64,000 nucleotides of DNA. It comes from Diadema antillarum (Eukaryota). The position numbers and the translations under genes are program-made. The stretch spans positions 62,001-126,000 of the forward strand of contig NW_027271994.1 of assembly GCF_040938485.1 (NCBI RefSeq), in the 5' to 3' direction. This document shows, one piece after another, positions 60,750-64,000 of this stretch (positions within the stretch are counted from its first letter, which is position 1; each line of letters starts with the position of its first letter). The notes below the pieces were generated by a model that was not told the DNA's origin, made no database searches, and saw only the letters and a program-made list of their open reading frames with translations.

Positions 60750-61300
60750 TCTCCACTAGGCCGCCGGCGGGCGCTGCTCCACTCGCTCGTATGGTACCGC
60801 ACCAGTACGCAAAGCAATACTAGAATTCTCAATTAAAATTTGCAATTTCCCGTCTGATCGTCATCGAAAATAGGAATCCACATAGGCAATTACATAAATC
60901 AATTGGAAAACAGCATATCTTCAGAACATATTACACGGATCGTTTAAAAGATTCGCGGAAAGCACATCTTCGGAACCATTCGCCGGTATATTTTTGCCGG
61001 TATTCGCGAATGTACACAACTCCCGATGGTAATGTTTTCAATTCATTTGGCGCCACATGTGAGGAACAAAAAGAACGCGCGCCTTTCTCCGTACGAAAGC
61101 TCTCCCAGTTTCCGCTTGATTGAGATGCGGTTAGTGACGTCACGGTTGGCAGCTAAACCCACGATTGAGGTCGGCTTGCTTCGCATGCTTTCGACCAAAA
61201 CAGAAAATGAATGAACGTGGGCGAATATCACGTGAACACACCCAGAGAGCACATGGGATGCGGGTCTGTCTGTGTTGTGTCGCCGTGTCCTGAAAAGGTC
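60750..61300. promoter_or_regulatory. CpG-rich promoter of MTHFD1 with CRE and E-box motifs; possibly bidirectional
   Basis: CpG-dense region directly upstream of ATG 60749, with a perfect CRE palindrome TGACGTCA (61135-61142) and TCACGTGA (61228-61235). Confidence 0.6.
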
Positions 61301-61739
61301 ATTTCAATGACATCCTCATAATGGCTGTGCCAGCTTGCTTGCACTTGCAGCAGTAGGAGGAAGACAGATACAAAATTACATGTGATACCGCCTAGTCTAG
61401 ATTGGTATCGGTAGTACAATGTCGATATACTACCAAAGAGCTTGTATGAGTGAGTAGGTGGTGAGGACCACCTATCTCTTATAAATGACTGTGAAAGGAA
61501 AAGTACGGATGAAAAAGAGTATAGGCCTACTGTTTGTATAGTAACGACCAGGGCCGGGATGCAGTACTAGTATGTAGGCCCATGATGCCCAGAAATGCTC
61601 TTGATCTGCAGATCAATGTCTTTTTGTTTGCAAATGAATACTAGTACGTATACTAATACGAAAGGAGGATCATTCAGGTCACGCGTCTTGGTCTTCCTTA
61701 TGAATTAAAAACAAAACAAAAAAGGCAAGTATTTGATAA

Positions 61740-62075
61740 CAGGGGCCGCGGCTGCAGCCCTCCCCCCCCCCCCCCCCCCCCCCGCCGACAAACACACACA
61801 CACACACACAAACACTTTTGGCTCATGAGTCGTCAGAAAGAAAAATGGGGAAAACAAATTTAAAAAAAGAATCGGGAAAAAATCACAAAACCCAGTGAAT
61901 TTCAATCTCCAAAGATTCCGTCCTTATAGATTCTTCCCGTCTAAAGTGGAGGGGGGAAGGAGGGGAGGGGGGTCTTGACCTTGAACCCGTCCCACAGCCC
62001 CCCCCCCCCCGTCCCACAGCTTCCCCCTCCCCACACACACGTCCACACACACTGAAAAACGTTCCGCGGCCCCTA
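61740..62075. mobile_element. G/C-tract MITE (AGGGGCCGCGG…CCGCGGCCCCT)
   Basis: 11-bp perfect inverted termini at 61741-61751 and 62064-62074; no TSD seen. Confidence 0.55.
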
Positions 62076-64000
62076 CATGATGAGGTCCTGGGCCTACCAA
62101 ACTGGATTTGCCATATTCAAAGTATGCAGCACGGAATGAATGTTAGGTTAATGTTTTTGTTCTTTTTTAACTATATAGAAATGAAAGTTTAAAAAGCGTT
62201 AAAGACGAACATATTGGTTGCAACTCATGAATTCAAAAGAGAGACACGCCAGTCTTCGCAGGTGCACGCAGGTTGCGGGAGGCCTACTAGTGAAAGCTGG
62301 TCATTCGATCGATAATATTAAGAATGTGGAATTTTATAGGCCTAAGCAATAGCATGAGAGTGAAATTTTATGAAAATTGGATAAAAGATATATGATGAAC
62401 ATGAAATTTCTCTAATTGGGCCTATCACAAAAATGTCTTGAACAGTATATTGAACAGTATAGTATATTTCTTGAATATCACAAAAGTGATGTCCCTTCCA
62501 AGGAGGGAAGATTTTCACAACCATCCATTTTGCCCAATCAGAACGAATTGTTTCGACTGAATTACCTGTACTAAATCCTGCAGGTCTCGTATTAGATTGA
62601 CTATACACAGTGACAATTAATAGGCCCTATAGGCAAAACTCGTTTCACTTCAGCCTATGATACTCAGAAACATAATCATTGATAGGCCTACAACGTGCTC
62701 CTTCTATAGGCCTATAGGCAGTTTTATGCCTACATCTTTGATGTAATGTTTGACTGACACTGACTTTTCGAACCACACATAACCATTGCATGTGAACGTT
62801 ATTATGTGCAGGACGATGTAAATTTTACCTGATGCACGTGCTGCACCCGGAAGTACGGTACAATTTGTATTATAGTCTGCGTCCACATGACATTGTGTCG
62901 GCTTGAAATAATGGGTTGCTTAGGCCTGCATTAAGGGTTTCATCGCAAAATAACTTAACCCATGTATGTTATAGTGTCAGTATAAATTATAGAAATTGCT
63001 ATCAAGCCTGCTTACAAAAAAGAAGAAGAAGAAGAAGAAGAACTCATTGAAGAAGAAGAAAAAGAAGAAAATAATTATAGGATATTCTAGACTATATAAA
63101 GAATATTCCTTGTATAATTATACTGTCATGCATGATTTATGCAACAAGTGAGGTATCATGGGAGATGTTTTATTTTGCTCTAAAAATCTGATGACTTACA
63201 TTATAGATTATTAAAGAATGGCGCTTAAGTCGTTTTGCGATAAAACTCTATGGGCCCAATATGAAGTATGTGCTGTATGCAATGGTGTATGTTTCATTGC
63301 AAGCGCATGCGTGACTTTCTTACTCTTGCATGCTGTGTCATGGTTTCGTTTCTTCCTTTTCCCCCTTAATTTTTCTCGTGGGTTCTACTGGATGATGAGA
63401 AAGTTGCAAATGAGAACGGAAGCAAGTCATCTCATCACTATGAAAGGTCACACTGTGTGAATTCAAGGATATATACACTACTGTAGTATAGGGAGCTATA
63501 ATCATATTCACCTTGATATTCAGACTTATATGAGAACAAAATGTCGTCAAATTCTATCTTTGAATAAGAGAGGGTTTTTTTTGACATTTTATGCATGACT
63601 GTGTTCACCGAATGTGAGAGATATTGGTCATAACCACAGTGGAAGACTTCAAAAGGAAGTTAAGGAGTTTTTTTAATGTCACCAATAACAGTATACTCTC
63701 TGTTTTTCGAATCATAGTTTTGTTCAATAATATGCTATAATTACCAACTGCATCATACAAGTTCGCTTTTCTACAACAGCCCCTCAATTTTCAATTGGGA
63801 TAGTCCCCCGGTCTAGTCTTCTTTATGTAGGCCTACATAATTATAAAAGTATTTATATCATTTGTTAAGATATCATGTTACATTTTAATGTAGGCATATG
63901 TTTCTTGTTTGTGACACATAAGCCCTTATTGTTTGGAAATGAAAATAAAACTGAAACTGACACTGGATCAATAAAACACACACACACACCGTGACACACA

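Noticed and set aside
61253-61321. MGCGS… short ORF resembling an N-myristoylation start
   Set aside because: It stops after 22 codons and has no strong internal donor.

Overview
Eukaryotic, intron-rich genomic DNA from an invertebrate deuterostome (probably an echinoderm; this is inferred from protein similarity and repeat content). It has two assembly gaps (15337-15477, 18671-18808). Four protein-coding genes were reconstructed exon by exon, all with GT-AG introns and consistent phases. They are: the first three exons of FIBP (minus strand, runs off the left edge); a complete RDH13-like short-chain dehydrogenase (+, 7 exons, 346 aa) head-to-head with FIBP; a complete CRTAC1-like FG-GAP/ASPIC-UnbV protein (-, 7 coding exons, 590 aa, no C-terminal EGF domain); and a complete trifunctional C1-tetrahydrofolate synthase MTHFD1 (-, 20 exons, 989 aa from ATG1 or 933 aa from ATG2). 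Introns and intergenic DNA hold many MITEs, LINE 3' ends, a probable SINE and local tandem duplications. Best leads: (1) a 56-aa mitochondrial-presequence-like extension in front of a catalytically intact MTHFD1, suggesting one gene serves both cytosol and mitochondria; (2) a minimal Penelope-type hammerhead ribozyme antisense in an MTHFD1 intron; (3) two unexplained structured-RNA candidates in first introns. All comparisons with human proteins are from memory, not from a database search.
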